Shown here: positions 48,050 to 58,820 of the stretch, in pieces
Position numbering within the stretch: position 1 is the stretch's first letter
How the letters are laid out: each line of letters starts with the position of its first letter
From: Lachnospiraceae bacterium
GTDB lineage: Bacteria > Bacillota > Clostridia > Lachnospirales > Lachnospiraceae
Assembly: GCA_017467805.1 (NCBI GenBank)
Contig: JAFUKJ010000045.1
Span: 1,392-65,391 of the forward strand
DNA length: 64,000 nucleotides
Reading direction: 5' to 3'
Notes under the pieces: generated by a model
The model's input: only the letters and a program-made list of their open reading frames with translations
Told to the model about the DNA's origin: nothing
Databases searched by the model: none
Made by a program: the position numbers and the translations under genes

Positions 48050-49348
48050 ATGAATAAATATGTTATTATCCCAGGATGTTCAGATTTAAATAGAGGTGAT
48101 CAGGCATTAGTATGGGAAACCAAACGCTTGGCAGAAGATGCAGGATTTAAAGGAGAATTTTATTTAACATCAGAAAGAAATGAACCTGTTGAACAAAGTA
48201 AGAAAATTGGATTAAAGATTATTCCACCAATTTTGGAGCATCCATCTCGTAAATTCCGTAGTAAAGAGAATATCAGCTATACTATGTCATTGAAGATGAA
48301 GTGGGGATTGGTAGCGGTTTTTGATTTGTTGGGCAGCATGTTCATTTTGTGCAATGCTACAAGAGGGATTGCAAAGCGTTTTTTGAGTCAGGAAAAGAGG
48401 GAAGCAGTTCAGATACTGGAAGATGCAGATGCTTTATTCATGAAGGGCGGCGGCTTGCTGCAAACATATGGAGGATTATCTTCTACATATAGTATGTACT
48501 TTTGGACTTATCCAATTTTGTTGGCGAATAAAATGAAAAAGCCTGTATATGTTATGCCAAATTCCTTTGGACCTTTTGAAGGACCGTTTGTAAAGGCAAT
48601 AGCTAAAAAGGCTTTAAGCGGATGTAAGGTGCTTACTTCGAGAGAAACATTATCACAAGATATGGTTAAGGACGATTTGGGATTAGATATACAGAATTAT
48701 CCAGATTTAGCATTTACATTACCTAAGGCAGATTTGAATAAAGATGAAATTTTCAAAAAGTATAATCTGCCTAGTGATAGAAAACTAGTAGCATTTACAA
48801 TGCGTCCATATCGTTTTCCTAATTCTGAGAATCCTGAAGAGGCGTATGAGACTTTTAAACATGAACTTGCAGAGTTTATATCTTGGGTATATGAACAGGG
48901 ATTTATGCCTGTTATTGTAGAGCATACATTGGCAGTTAATGCACATGAGAATGATGGTGCATGTATTGCAGATGTAACGAAAATGATTGAACAGGAAAAA
49001 TATCGTATTATTTCTAATGTTGATTATGATTGTCATGATTTAAAGTGTATTTATAGTTTTTGTGATTATATTGTTGGTACACGTTTTCATTCAGTTATTT
49101 TCTCATTTGGTTGCGATGTTCCAGGTATTGCTATTGCATATACTGGAAATAAGTCACAGGGAATTATGCATGATATAGGATTGGATGATTATGTTATTAA
49201 TATTGCTGATGTAAAGGCAGAGTTATTAAAACAGAAATTTGCTGACTTGATTGAGAATGAGACAACTGTAGTTTCAAAAGTAAGAGCATATAGAGAATTG
49301 GCGGAGGAATCTAGAAACGCTTTAATTGCTATGTGCAAGAATAATTAG
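48050..49348 (+). CDS. Polysaccharide pyruvyl transferase family (WcaK/CsaB-like)
   Basis: NRGDQA, KGGG, NSFGPF, SRE, PDLAF, GTRFHS. Confidence 0.85.
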   Translation: MNKYVIIPGCSDLNRGDQALVWETKRLAEDAGFKGEFYLTSERNEPVEQSKKIGLKIIPPILEHPSRKFRSKENISYTMSLKMKWGLVAVFDLLGSMFILCNATRGIAKRFLSQEKREAVQILEDADALFMKGGGLLQTYGGLSSTYSMYFWTYPILLANKMKKPVYVMPNSFGPFEGPFVKAIAKKALSGCKVLTSRETLSQDMVKDDLGLDIQNYPDLAFTLPKADLNKDEIFKKYNLPSDRKLVAFTMRPYRFPNSENPEEAYETFKHELAEFISWVYEQGFMPVIVEHTLAVNAHENDGACIADVTKMIEQEKYRIISNVDYDCHDLKCIYSFCDYIVGTRFHSVIFSFGCDVPGIAIAYTGNKSQGIMHDIGLDDYVINIADVKAELLKQKFADLIENETTVVSKVRAYRELAEESRNALIAMCKNN

Positions 49349-49379
49349 AAAAAATTAGATGTAAGAAGAGAGAGCACAA

Positions 49380-50537
49380 ATGAAATTAGTATTTGCACAT
49401 GACCATAAGCTCCGAGAGATAGATGGTAAATATTATACATTGGGTGGTTTAAGGGATTCAATAACTGACCGATATATGGAATTTTTTGATGAACTGACTA
49501 TTTTTTGTAGAGCAGTAAAAAAACAGGAATTTGATACAGGATTGTTTGAATTGAAGAATCCTAAAGTAACAGTAAAGCCTGTTTCAAATGGTTCATTAAT
49601 TTTGACAAAAGAGGCGAAATTAATGATGGAGGAAGAGATTAGTAAGGCTGATGGCTTGATTGTAAAGTTGCATAGTAAGATTGCAGAATATGCGATTCAT
49701 TGTGCTAGAAAGCATAATGTGCCTTATTTGGTTGAATCTGTAGGATGTCCATGGGATGCATACTGGAATTATAGCTTAAAGGGTAAGTTTGTGGCTCCGA
49801 TTATGACTTTGTCCACAAAGCGCGAGCTGAAGCGTGCGCCATATGCAGTATATGTTACAAAGGAGTTTCTTGAAAGAAGATATCCATGTAAGGGAAATTG
49901 GATAGATTGCTCGGATGTTGAATTGAAGGATACAGATGATACAGTTCTTGCTAAAAGACTTGATAAGATTAAAATGCGTGGAAACGAGCCACTTGTTTTA
50001 GGAACATTAGCACAGGTTGATGTTAAATATAAGGGACAGGAATATGTTATTCGCGCACTTGCAGAATTGAAAAAGCAAGGAAAGATTGTTAAGTATAGAC
50101 TTGCAGGAAGCGGTAGTTCAGATTATTTAAGAAGTGTTGCCGAGGAATGTGGTGTAACAGATCAGGTAGAGTTTTGCGGTGTTCTATCACATGATGATGT
50201 TTTCCCATGGTTAGATGAGATTGACTTCTATATCCAGCCATCAAAACAGGAGGGATTACCTCGTGCAATGATAGAAGCAATAAGCAGAGCGTGTCCAGCT
50301 GCTGGTTCGACTGCTGGTGGAATGGGTGAACTTGTAGAAAAAGAGTACATCTTCCGTAAGGGAAATGTAGGACAGATTGTACAGATTATTAATTCTATTA
50401 ATGCAGATAAAATGATGCAGCAGGCAAAGAAGAATTTCGAAACTTCACAAAATTATCGAAAAGATTATTTGGATGAAAAGCGTCGAGCATTTTATGCTAA
50501 ATTTGCGCAGGCTTGTAAAGAAAACGCAAAGAATTAA
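49380..50537 (+). CDS. Glycosyltransferase family 4
   Basis: YKGQ, QPSKQEGLPRAMIEA, GGMGE. Confidence 0.85.
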   Translation: MKLVFAHDHKLREIDGKYYTLGGLRDSITDRYMEFFDELTIFCRAVKKQEFDTGLFELKNPKVTVKPVSNGSLILTKEAKLMMEEEISKADGLIVKLHSKIAEYAIHCARKHNVPYLVESVGCPWDAYWNYSLKGKFVAPIMTLSTKRELKRAPYAVYVTKEFLERRYPCKGNWIDCSDVELKDTDDTVLAKRLDKIKMRGNEPLVLGTLAQVDVKYKGQEYVIRALAELKKQGKIVKYRLAGSGSSDYLRSVAEECGVTDQVEFCGVLSHDDVFPWLDEIDFYIQPSKQEGLPRAMIEAISRACPAAGSTAGGMGELVEKEYIFRKGNVGQIVQIINSINADKMMQQAKKNFETSQNYRKDYLDEKRRAFYAKFAQACKENAKN

Positions 50538-50560
50538 GAGAAAAACGTTGGAGGGAGCAA

Positions 50561-51532
50561 ATGAGATTTTCGATTGTTGTACCTGTATATAAGATTGAAG
50601 ATTATATTGAGGAATGTGTAAATAGTATATTAGCTCAAAGTTATGGAGACTTTGAGCTAATATTAGTAGATGACGGTTCTCCTGATTCTTGCGGTGAAAT
50701 ATGTGATTGCTTACAGAAGAAAGATGAACGTATTGTAGTTGTACATAAAAAGAATGGTGGCGCATCCAGTGCAAGAAATGCAGGTATGGATCAGGCAAGA
50801 GGAGAGTATATCGTTTTTGTTGATGGAGATGATCTTCTCTGTGAAGGCGCTTTAGAAAGTCTTGATAAGAGCATAGCGAATCAGGAGCCAGACATAATAA
50901 TAGGAAATTTTGTACATTGGTATTCAGATAAAGAGACTATAAAGGTGGATGTTAAAGAATTCATACCTTATAAGGACACAGATATCAAGGAATTATGCAC
51001 AAGGTTTGCAGAGAAGAATTCACAAATTCCATGGAGACCTTACCAGTGTGTAATTAATAATAAATTTTTACAGACATATCCAATAAGATACGATGTTAAT
51101 ATTGCAGTTGGCGAAGATTGCGATTTCTTTTTGAGATTAATACAAAATGTAAAGACATATCAGTTGATAGAAACAAAGCTAGTAAAATATAGAGTGTTTC
51201 GCGAGGGTTCTTTGGTCAGTACGCAGTCGTTTAAATCGGTGTATAGCCAGTTAGAAGCCTTTTCTATTGCCTTTGACAGTGCAAGCAACTTTAAAGAAGA
51301 GAGTATAATTCGCAGATATTTTGCGGATAGATATACGAATATCATTGTTCTTGTAGCGTTATTACCAAACAGGGATGAAAGAGATAAGTGTTACGAGCAC
51401 GTCAGAAAGCGTATGAATTTGTTGAGCTGCACATCGAATACAGGAAAATATTTGATGGCAAAAGGCTTATGGAGAATCTTTGGTTTTGAGTGTGGTAATA
51501 AAATGTTAGCAAAGCTTAGAAGCTTGAAATGA
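50561..51532 (+). CDS. Glycosyltransferase family 2
   Basis: SIVVPVY, VDDGSPD, NGGASSARN, FVDGDD. Confidence 0.9.
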   Translation: MRFSIVVPVYKIEDYIEECVNSILAQSYGDFELILVDDGSPDSCGEICDCLQKKDERIVVVHKKNGGASSARNAGMDQARGEYIVFVDGDDLLCEGALESLDKSIANQEPDIIIGNFVHWYSDKETIKVDVKEFIPYKDTDIKELCTRFAEKNSQIPWRPYQCVINNKFLQTYPIRYDVNIAVGEDCDFFLRLIQNVKTYQLIETKLVKYRVFREGSLVSTQSFKSVYSQLEAFSIAFDSASNFKEESIIRRYFADRYTNIIVLVALLPNRDERDKCYEHVRKRMNLLSCTSNTGKYLMAKGLWRIFGFECGNKMLAKLRSLK

Positions 51533-51561
51533 CGTTTTATAGGATAAAAGAAGGTGTGTAG

Positions 51562-52689
51562 ATGTTAATATATTTAGTTGTGTTTTTTGGTTCGGCACTA
51601 CTTTTTTGGCTTGCTGAAAAGACAAAGAAAAAATATACAAGAAATATATTGGTTACAATAGCGATTCTCTTACCTGCAATATTGGCAGGAGTTAGAGATT
51701 CGTCTGTTGGAACAGACGTAATGGTGTACGGAAAGAAAAACTATGAAGTGGCATTGTCTGCCAGCAGTTTTAAAGTATATTTTAGTAACTATGCTACATC
51801 ATTTATGTCAGAGCCGTTATATCATATTTTGGTGTATGGATTAACCAGAATATTTGATGATTATCACTGGGGATTGTTTTTTTATCAATTGATTCCACTT
51901 GTGGTTATATACTTAGGGGCAAAGCGATATCAAAAGATATTTGGAATAAAAATATGGTTGTTTATGGTATTGTATTATCTGACACTGTATAATGTATCTC
52001 TTAATCTTATGAGACAGTTAATAGGTGTTGCTTTTGTGTTTTGGGCTACCAGCTTTCTGTTTGAAAAGAGATATAAAGAGTATTTCATTGTGCTTGTAGC
52101 AGGATTTGGTTTTCATAGCTCAGCAATTATTGGTTTTGCTTTTTTACCAATGTTAATGTTGTTACAGGAAGGTAGAAAAATAACATTTACCAAACAGTGT
52201 TTGCAGGGTGTGTCCTTTTTAGGGATTTTGTTTGTTGTTCTCAGTGTTGGTAGTAAGGTTATTGAGTTCTTGGTTGCAAACAATATCTTGAGAAAGAATT
52301 ATTTGAATTACCTTAGCGGCGGAAGCTTTGAGTCATATACAGTATCTGGACTTACAGTGTTGATTTATTTCATATATTTTATGTTATATAGTTTTCACTC
52401 TAAGTTATTATCAAAGAGAAAGATACAAAGTTTATTTTTCCTTTTTATTTCGCTGATTGTTTTGATTGCTCCATTTGGACAATTAATATCAACATATTTA
52501 TCAAGAATTGTATATTATTTTATACCGTTGCAAATGGTATCAATGGCAAATATTCTTTCATGCTATCGCAAGGATTCTAAGAAGGTTTGGATTGTACTAA
52601 TTTTATTGATAACAGTAATAGTATGGTACATTAATTATGTGCTCAGAGGATATAATGAAACAGTGCCGTATATATCAATGTTTTCTTAA
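51562..52689 (+). CDS. wzy: EpsG-family polysaccharide polymerase (Wzy)
   Basis: Multi-TM; VGTD, EPLY, NLMRQ, FHSSA motifs. Confidence 0.8.
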   Translation: MLIYLVVFFGSALLFWLAEKTKKKYTRNILVTIAILLPAILAGVRDSSVGTDVMVYGKKNYEVALSASSFKVYFSNYATSFMSEPLYHILVYGLTRIFDDYHWGLFFYQLIPLVVIYLGAKRYQKIFGIKIWLFMVLYYLTLYNVSLNLMRQLIGVAFVFWATSFLFEKRYKEYFIVLVAGFGFHSSAIIGFAFLPMLMLLQEGRKITFTKQCLQGVSFLGILFVVLSVGSKVIEFLVANNILRKNYLNYLSGGSFESYTVSGLTVLIYFIYFMLYSFHSKLLSKRKIQSLFFLFISLIVLIAPFGQLISTYLSRIVYYFIPLQMVSMANILSCYRKDSKKVWIVLILLITVIVWYINYVLRGYNETVPYISMFS

Positions 52690-52699
52690 GGAGGAAGAC

Positions 52700-53788
52700 A
52701 TGGAAGTCTATGTCCATTTTTTTAATTTTAAGAATTATGGTGATGATTTATTTGTATTAATGTTAGCAAATAGATTTCCCAATATCACATTTCATATTAA
52801 TGGCGTAAGAGAGAATCTGATTGCATTTCAGAACCAAAAAAATATTGTGATGCACTATGATACTTTCTGCTTGAAGGCAGTAAATAAAATAGGTAAAAAG
52901 ATTTTAAAAAAGGATATTAATTTTATTAGAAGAGCTAGAAAATGTGAGGCAGTCATTTATATTGGCGGTTCTTTATTTATTCAGCCAGAAGAACGTAAGT
53001 TAGAGTCTTATTACTTATTTAATAAAAATCTCTCTATAGCGGGTAAACCATTTATTATAATGGGTGCAAATTTTGGACCATATAGAGATAATGAGTTTTT
53101 GGACTTCTTTAAGAGGGAGTTTAGAGGCTATTATGGAATCAGCTTACGAGATAGAGCATCGTATGATTTATTTAGCGAATTGAATAATGTGATTTATGCA
53201 CCTGACATATTGTTTAACATTCAACAGTTGTATAAAGACATTCAGAGTAAAAGAGAAGATAGTCAAAAATATATAGTTTTTTCTCTTTATGGAAGAAAAG
53301 AATTAAAGGACAAGGAGTCTTATATTGTTAATATCGTAAGAACAATTTCACAATATATAGATGCAGGTTATCATATCAAGCTGATATCAATGTGTGAGTG
53401 TCAGGGAGATTTAGCGGTTTGCAATGAAGTAAAGGATAGAATTTCGCAGAAGAGTTATGTAGAAATTATTAATTATGATGGCAATCCTGAAACTGTTGTA
53501 GGATGCATTGCGAATGCAGAATTTGTAATAGGCTCAAGATTCCATGCGGTTGTAACTGCTTTGGCATATAGGGTTCCAGTGCTGCCAATTATTTATAGTA
53601 ATAAAACATTGAATATGTTGAAAGACATTGGCTATGCAGGTAAGTATATAGATATTAACGAAACAAATAAATTGGATTTTGAATTCACAGAAATGAGCAG
53701 ATGCACAGATAATGCTGTTGATATCAATCAGATATCACAGGAGTCAAATAAGCATTTTGCAGGATTCGAGTCAATTTTAGTAAAATAG
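52700..53788 (+). CDS. Polysaccharide pyruvyl transferase family
   Basis: NYGDD, IGGS, ANFGPY, SLRD, APD, GSRFHA; start after RBS AGGAGG. Confidence 0.82.
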   Translation: MEVYVHFFNFKNYGDDLFVLMLANRFPNITFHINGVRENLIAFQNQKNIVMHYDTFCLKAVNKIGKKILKKDINFIRRARKCEAVIYIGGSLFIQPEERKLESYYLFNKNLSIAGKPFIIMGANFGPYRDNEFLDFFKREFRGYYGISLRDRASYDLFSELNNVIYAPDILFNIQQLYKDIQSKREDSQKYIVFSLYGRKELKDKESYIVNIVRTISQYIDAGYHIKLISMCECQGDLAVCNEVKDRISQKSYVEIINYDGNPETVVGCIANAEFVIGSRFHAVVTALAYRVPVLPIIYSNKTLNMLKDIGYAGKYIDINETNKLDFEFTEMSRCTDNAVDINQISQESNKHFAGFESILVK

Positions 53789-53801
53789 TAGTGGTAGAAA
53801 T

Positions 53802-55211
53802 ATGAATGATAATAAATCAAAGAACAGAAATCTTATAGAAGGCATCTTCATTTATGCAATAGGTAGTTTTGGAACAAAAATTTTAACCTTTTTAATTGTT
53901 CCACTTTATACATATTATATTAGCACCTCTGATATGGGTGTATATGACTTATTGCTTTCAACAGTTAATTTATTAACGCCAATTGTGACGCTTCAGATTT
54001 CAGATGCGGCATATCGATGGATTATAAGAGAAGAGGATGCCAGTGATATATATATAAGGGCAACACTGCAGGTTTTATTTTTTAATAGTATTATTGCGGC
54101 TTTGCTAATTTTTGTTGTGAATTTAGTGAAACCATTCCAGTATTGCTTTTACTTTGTATTACTATTATTAACATCAAGGACTCTTGCAACGATTCAGAAG
54201 CTGTTGAGAGGTGTTAAGAATCAAAAAGCATTTGCGTTTTCAAGCATATTATACACTGTTGTATTTTTGATTTTAAATGTAATTCAGATTTGCGTACTTA
54301 AGATGGGAGTAAGAAGTCTGTTTAGCAGTGCTATTATTGCAAATATTATAGCGTGTATATTTATATTTATAATAGAGCCTAAGCTAAGAGTTGATTTATT
54401 AAAAAAGCCTAATATTGCTATTATAAAAGAGATGTTAGCATACTCAGCTCCATTAGTACCTAATCAATTAAACTGGTGGGTTATTAACTCAGCAGACAGA
54501 TATATTGTAAGTTATTTCTTAGGGAGTTCTGCAAATGGAATATTAGCGATAGCGCACAAATTTCCAACTATGTTACAGGTAGTGCTGGGATTGTTCAATT
54601 CATCATGGCAGGATGTTTCGATTGCAGATACAGAGGCTGACCCTGGAAAGTACTATACAGAGGTATTTAAAAAGTTATATAAAATATCCTTTGGTATCTT
54701 GTTTTTCTTAATACCATTTACGAATATATTCATCTGGCTTGTAATGAGTGAGGATTATAAAATATCGGCAGAATATGTACCATTTTTCTATTTGGGAACA
54801 GTTTTTCAGGGCTTTTCATCATTTTATGGAGTGGGATACCTTAGAAATAAGCAGACGAAAAAGGCATTTTCTACGAGCATATATGGAGCAGTTGTAAACG
54901 CGGTAATTAGTATTATATTAATTAATTTTATTGGTTTACAAGCAGCAGCAGTCGCTACATTTATTGGATTTTTAGTAATGTGGATGATTCGAGAAAAGCA
55001 GAACAGAAAAGAATTAAATATACAGTATGATAAACTTGAGTTTTGGGTTATGTTTACTATTTCATTAGCTATATGTATTGCCGCAAATATGCTTTCATTT
55101 GCAGGAAATATTATATTGATGATTGTCGGGGGCTTGTTATTCATTATTGCTAATAGGGATATTATTCTTTTAGTGCTTGGCAAAGTAAAGCAAAAATTGA
55201 TTAAGAAATAA
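53802..55211 (+). CDS. wzx: Oligosaccharide flippase (Wzx)
   Basis: Multi-TM; PLYTYY...MGVY; YSAPLVPN; SADRY. Confidence 0.88.
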   Translation: MNDNKSKNRNLIEGIFIYAIGSFGTKILTFLIVPLYTYYISTSDMGVYDLLLSTVNLLTPIVTLQISDAAYRWIIREEDASDIYIRATLQVLFFNSIIAALLIFVVNLVKPFQYCFYFVLLLLTSRTLATIQKLLRGVKNQKAFAFSSILYTVVFLILNVIQICVLKMGVRSLFSSAIIANIIACIFIFIIEPKLRVDLLKKPNIAIIKEMLAYSAPLVPNQLNWWVINSADRYIVSYFLGSSANGILAIAHKFPTMLQVVLGLFNSSWQDVSIADTEADPGKYYTEVFKKLYKISFGILFFLIPFTNIFIWLVMSEDYKISAEYVPFFYLGTVFQGFSSFYGVGYLRNKQTKKAFSTSIYGAVVNAVISIILINFIGLQAAAVATFIGFLVMWMIREKQNRKELNIQYDKLEFWVMFTISLAICIAANMLSFAGNIILMIVGGLLFIIANRDIILLVLGKVKQKLIKK

Positions 55212-55232
55212 TTATATCTGTAATTAATTTAG

Positions 55233-55264
55233 AAGCAACCCGTTACTAGATGGGTTGCTTTTTA
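55233..55264 (+). terminator. Terminator after wzx
   Basis: AAGCAACCC/GGGTTGCTT plus T-run. Confidence 0.85.
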
Positions 55265-55311
55265 TGCTATAAAGAAAAGTGAAAGAGAATGTTAATGTTG
55301 TAATAAAAACA

Positions 55312-55340
55312 TTGTAGAATCGGTGTAGTAATAGTATAAT
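55312..55340 (+). promoter_or_regulatory. Internal SigA promoter for the second polysaccharide module
   Basis: TTGTAG-N17-TATAAT. Confidence 0.6.
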
Positions 55341-55471
55341 TTGTATAACCATAGCTTTAGAGACAGAGTTTTTACATCATAGGGATAAACAAGCTGTGTA
55401 TGTCAGGCGTTGATGTACGAAAGACAAATAAGAGATGGGGAGTTCCCGTATGGGAAGACGAGGGAGATAGT

Positions 55472-56437
55472 ATGAAAGACAAGCCGTTAATAAGCATAAT
55501 AGTACCAGTCTATAATGTGGAAGAATATTTAAGTAGATGTGTAGATAGCATTATAAATCAAACATATACGAATTTAGAGATAATTCTGATAGACGATGGG
55601 GCTACAGATGGCTGCGGAGTTATATGTGATAGCTATGCAGAAAAGGATGATAGAATTAAAGTTATTCATAAAGAAAATGGTGGATTATCGGATGCCAGAA
55701 ATGCAGGCTTGAATATAATGGCGGGAGAGTATGTTTCGTGTATAGATAGTGATGATTTTGTTTCGCCATATTTCATAGAAAATCTCTATAATGCAACAGT
55801 GAATACAGACTGTCAGATTGTAGGAAGCTGGTTTGTGGAGTATTTTGATGGTAATAGTATTCCTGAGGCAAAAAGAGCGGATACGAAAGATGTGCAAGTG
55901 TATAACCGAGAAAATTTATACCGAAAAATGTTGTATCAGGACGGTGTGGAAGTGTCAGCTTGGGGAAAACTTTATAAAAGCACACTATTTGATGGAGTAA
56001 GATATCCAAAGGGAAAGATATATGAAGATATTTTAACAACCTATAAGCTTATAGAAAAAGTAGATAAAATGGCTATACTGCCGAATGTGGATTATTTCTA
56101 CTACCAGCGGGCTAATAGTATTGCACAGTCTAAGTTTAATATAAGAAAGCTGGACGCAGTACTGCACATGGGAAAATTGAGAGATTTTATTATAGAGAAT
56201 TATCCAAGTCTTGAAAGTCCTGCGAAGTGCAGATATTTCAGTACGGTATGCAATATTTTATTTCAGATTCATGATAGCAGCTTTGAGGATGAAAGAAAGC
56301 AGTTATGGGGAGAGGTAAAAAAGTATCGTAAGGATATATTGTTTGATAAAGCAGGAAGAAAAAAAGCTAGATTAGCAGCGGCTATTTCTTATTTTGGTTA
56401 CAAAATAATGGATTTTGTCTATAGTAAAACACAGTAA
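55472..56437 (+). CDS. Glycosyltransferase family 2
   Basis: SIIVPVYN, IDDG, NGGLSDARN, IDSDD; start after RBS GGGAG. Confidence 0.9.
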   Translation: MKDKPLISIIVPVYNVEEYLSRCVDSIINQTYTNLEIILIDDGATDGCGVICDSYAEKDDRIKVIHKENGGLSDARNAGLNIMAGEYVSCIDSDDFVSPYFIENLYNATVNTDCQIVGSWFVEYFDGNSIPEAKRADTKDVQVYNRENLYRKMLYQDGVEVSAWGKLYKSTLFDGVRYPKGKIYEDILTTYKLIEKVDKMAILPNVDYFYYQRANSIAQSKFNIRKLDAVLHMGKLRDFIIENYPSLESPAKCRYFSTVCNILFQIHDSSFEDERKQLWGEVKKYRKDILFDKAGRKKARLAAAISYFGYKIMDFVYSKTQ

Positions 56438-56480
56438 AGAGCTTTTGTTTGCTATAGGAGTTACATAGTAGGAGAAAAAA

Positions 56481-57578
56481 ATGAAGGTAGATGTTATTAC
56501 TTTGCATGCAGTTCAAAATTATGGTTCTGTATTACAAGCGTTGGCGACACAAGAGCTACTAAGAAGTCATGGATGTGAAGTTACGATTATTAATTATGTG
56601 CGAGAGAATGTGAGATGGGAAAATCTTTCACATACATGGTGTGGAAATAATCCTATTAAAGCTATGGTAATGTTCCCGACTATTAGTAGATGGAAAAAGG
56701 TGTTTGGAGGCTTTTGCAAAGAATATTTGAATCTTACAAAAGAGATATATACTACGGAGGAGGACTTTGAAAAGTATCCGTTAGATGCTGATGCATATTG
56801 TACAGGAAGCGACCAGGTGTGGAATTCAAAGTGGAATGAAGGAATTATTACTCCATTGTATTTAGGATTTGTGCCAGATGATAAGTTTAAGTTTGCTTTT
56901 TCGGCAAGCTTTGGTCAGTCAAGCTTGGAACAAGAGGAAGTTGAAGCAACAAGAAAGTATATCCAACAATATAAATATATATCAGTAAGAGAAAGTTCAG
57001 CAAAAGATATTCTTGAAAAGCAGTATAACTATCCAGTAGCTACACATGTTGTTGATCCAACATTAGCTATGACGCCAGAGTTCTGGAGAAAGTATGCAAC
57101 ACCTAGAAAAATAAAAGAAGATTACATTTTAATTTATAATCTGAATAGAAGTAAAGAGTTTGACCAATATGCGGTAGAACTATCGAAGAAAACGGGTTTG
57201 AAGTTAGTTAGATTTTGTACCAGATATGATCAGTTTTATAGACCAGGAAAAAGTATGTTGGTTCCTAAGGTGTTTGATTTTATTAGTTTAATAGATAATG
57301 CGAAGTATGTTTTGACTGATTCATTCCATGCCACAGCTTTTTCTATGAATTTAAATACGGAGCCTATCTGCGTTTTCCCAAAGGAATTTGGAGGAAGGCT
57401 TGGAAGCTTTTTGGAATTGACAGATTCTATGCAGAGAAAAGTTAAGGATTATAATGACTTTGATGTTGTAAATAGAAATGTAGATTTTGAAAAGGTAAAT
57501 AAGATACTGGAAGGCGAAAGAGATAAGGTTAATTCTTTTATTAGTACAGTGATTAACGCAGCATCGAATCAATGCTAG
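56481..57578 (+). CDS. Polysaccharide pyruvyl transferase-like protein (type found beside FrhB-like genes)
   Basis: NYGSVLQ, TGSDQVWN, SASFG, SVRE, DPTL, TDSFH. Confidence 0.82.
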   Translation: MKVDVITLHAVQNYGSVLQALATQELLRSHGCEVTIINYVRENVRWENLSHTWCGNNPIKAMVMFPTISRWKKVFGGFCKEYLNLTKEIYTTEEDFEKYPLDADAYCTGSDQVWNSKWNEGIITPLYLGFVPDDKFKFAFSASFGQSSLEQEEVEATRKYIQQYKYISVRESSAKDILEKQYNYPVATHVVDPTLAMTPEFWRKYATPRKIKEDYILIYNLNRSKEFDQYAVELSKKTGLKLVRFCTRYDQFYRPGKSMLVPKVFDFISLIDNAKYVLTDSFHATAFSMNLNTEPICVFPKEFGGRLGSFLELTDSMQRKVKDYNDFDVVNRNVDFEKVNKILEGERDKVNSFISTVINAASNQC

Positions 57579-57592
57579 GAGGTAAGCAGCCG

Positions 57593-58693
57593 ATGGTCAG
57601 AGTATTGCATGAGTTATCAGCATTAGATGGTGGTGGAGATGCAAGATTAATATATGAATATTATTCATGTATGGATAAAACAAAAGTACATTTTGATTTT
57701 GTGATTTATGACTTCTACGAAAATGGATTATTGGAACAGCCATTGCGAGATATGGGATGTACTATATATAAATTACCACAGATTAAAAAAGATAGAAAAG
57801 CGTGCTTGAATGGCTTGGAAAAAGTGATTAAAGAAGGCAATTATGATGTGGTTCATTCGCACAGAGGTGGACGTGGATTTTTTGTGATGTACTATGCGAA
57901 GAAGTATGGAATTAAAAAGCGCGTGGTGCATTCTCATGTAGCTAATGAATCGGTTAGCTTTATGAAAAAAATGCTTAATGTAGTTCTTTCTAAGATAGCA
58001 AAGATGTTTGCTACTGATTTATTTGCGTGTGGAAAAGATGCTGGTATCTATATGTGGGGAAAGAATAGCTTTGATAAAGGTGATGTAAGCATCATGACGA
58101 ATGCTATTACGATTGATAAATTTGGATTTTCACAAGATGTCAGAGAGACGAAACGCAAAGAGTTAGGAGTAGACGATAAGCTTGTACTGGGAATTGTAGG
58201 CCGTATGACTGATCAGAAGAATTATCCTTTTTTATTTAGAGTGTATAAAGAGGTATTAAAGGTTCGACAGGATGTAGTGTTAGTGGTAGTAGGCAGAGGA
58301 CTACAGGAAGAAACAATAAAAGCATATGCTCGAGAGTTAGGTATTGAAAAAGAGATACTGTTTTTGGGATTGCGGGATGATGTATCAGAGTTATTGAATG
58401 CATTTGATATTTTCCTATTGCCATCATTATTTGAAGGATTACCTGTGGTATTGATAGAAGCACAGGCAAATGGTTTGAAACAAATAGTTTCCAATACAAT
58501 TACTGATGAAGTAGATATTACTGATTTAATAGAATATTTACCGATTGACGAAGGCGAGCAGCAGTGGGTTGAAAGAATAAATGCATATAAGAATAACGTA
58601 GCAGAGCGAAATACATATAGTCAAAAAGTGGCTAAAGCAGGTTATGATATTGTTGTGGAAAGCAAAAAAATGCAAAATTTTTATTTGAGTTAA
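57593..58693 (+). CDS. Glycosyltransferase family 4 (EpsF-like)
   Basis: VVHSH, LFACG, VGR..QKN, PSLFEGLPVVLIEAQ. Confidence 0.88.
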   Translation: MVRVLHELSALDGGGDARLIYEYYSCMDKTKVHFDFVIYDFYENGLLEQPLRDMGCTIYKLPQIKKDRKACLNGLEKVIKEGNYDVVHSHRGGRGFFVMYYAKKYGIKKRVVHSHVANESVSFMKKMLNVVLSKIAKMFATDLFACGKDAGIYMWGKNSFDKGDVSIMTNAITIDKFGFSQDVRETKRKELGVDDKLVLGIVGRMTDQKNYPFLFRVYKEVLKVRQDVVLVVVGRGLQEETIKAYARELGIEKEILFLGLRDDVSELLNAFDIFLLPSLFEGLPVVLIEAQANGLKQIVSNTITDEVDITDLIEYLPIDEGEQQWVERINAYKNNVAERNTYSQKVAKAGYDIVVESKKMQNFYLS

Positions 58694-58820
58694 TAGGAAT
58701 GTCAGATTTAGGAATTTGTGACGTGAATATAAGGCTTGGAGCATATCTGAAATGAATTCTATCATGGAGGATATGCTTTGTTATTGGAGTATTTTGACGC
58801 TAATACAATGGAGAAAAGAA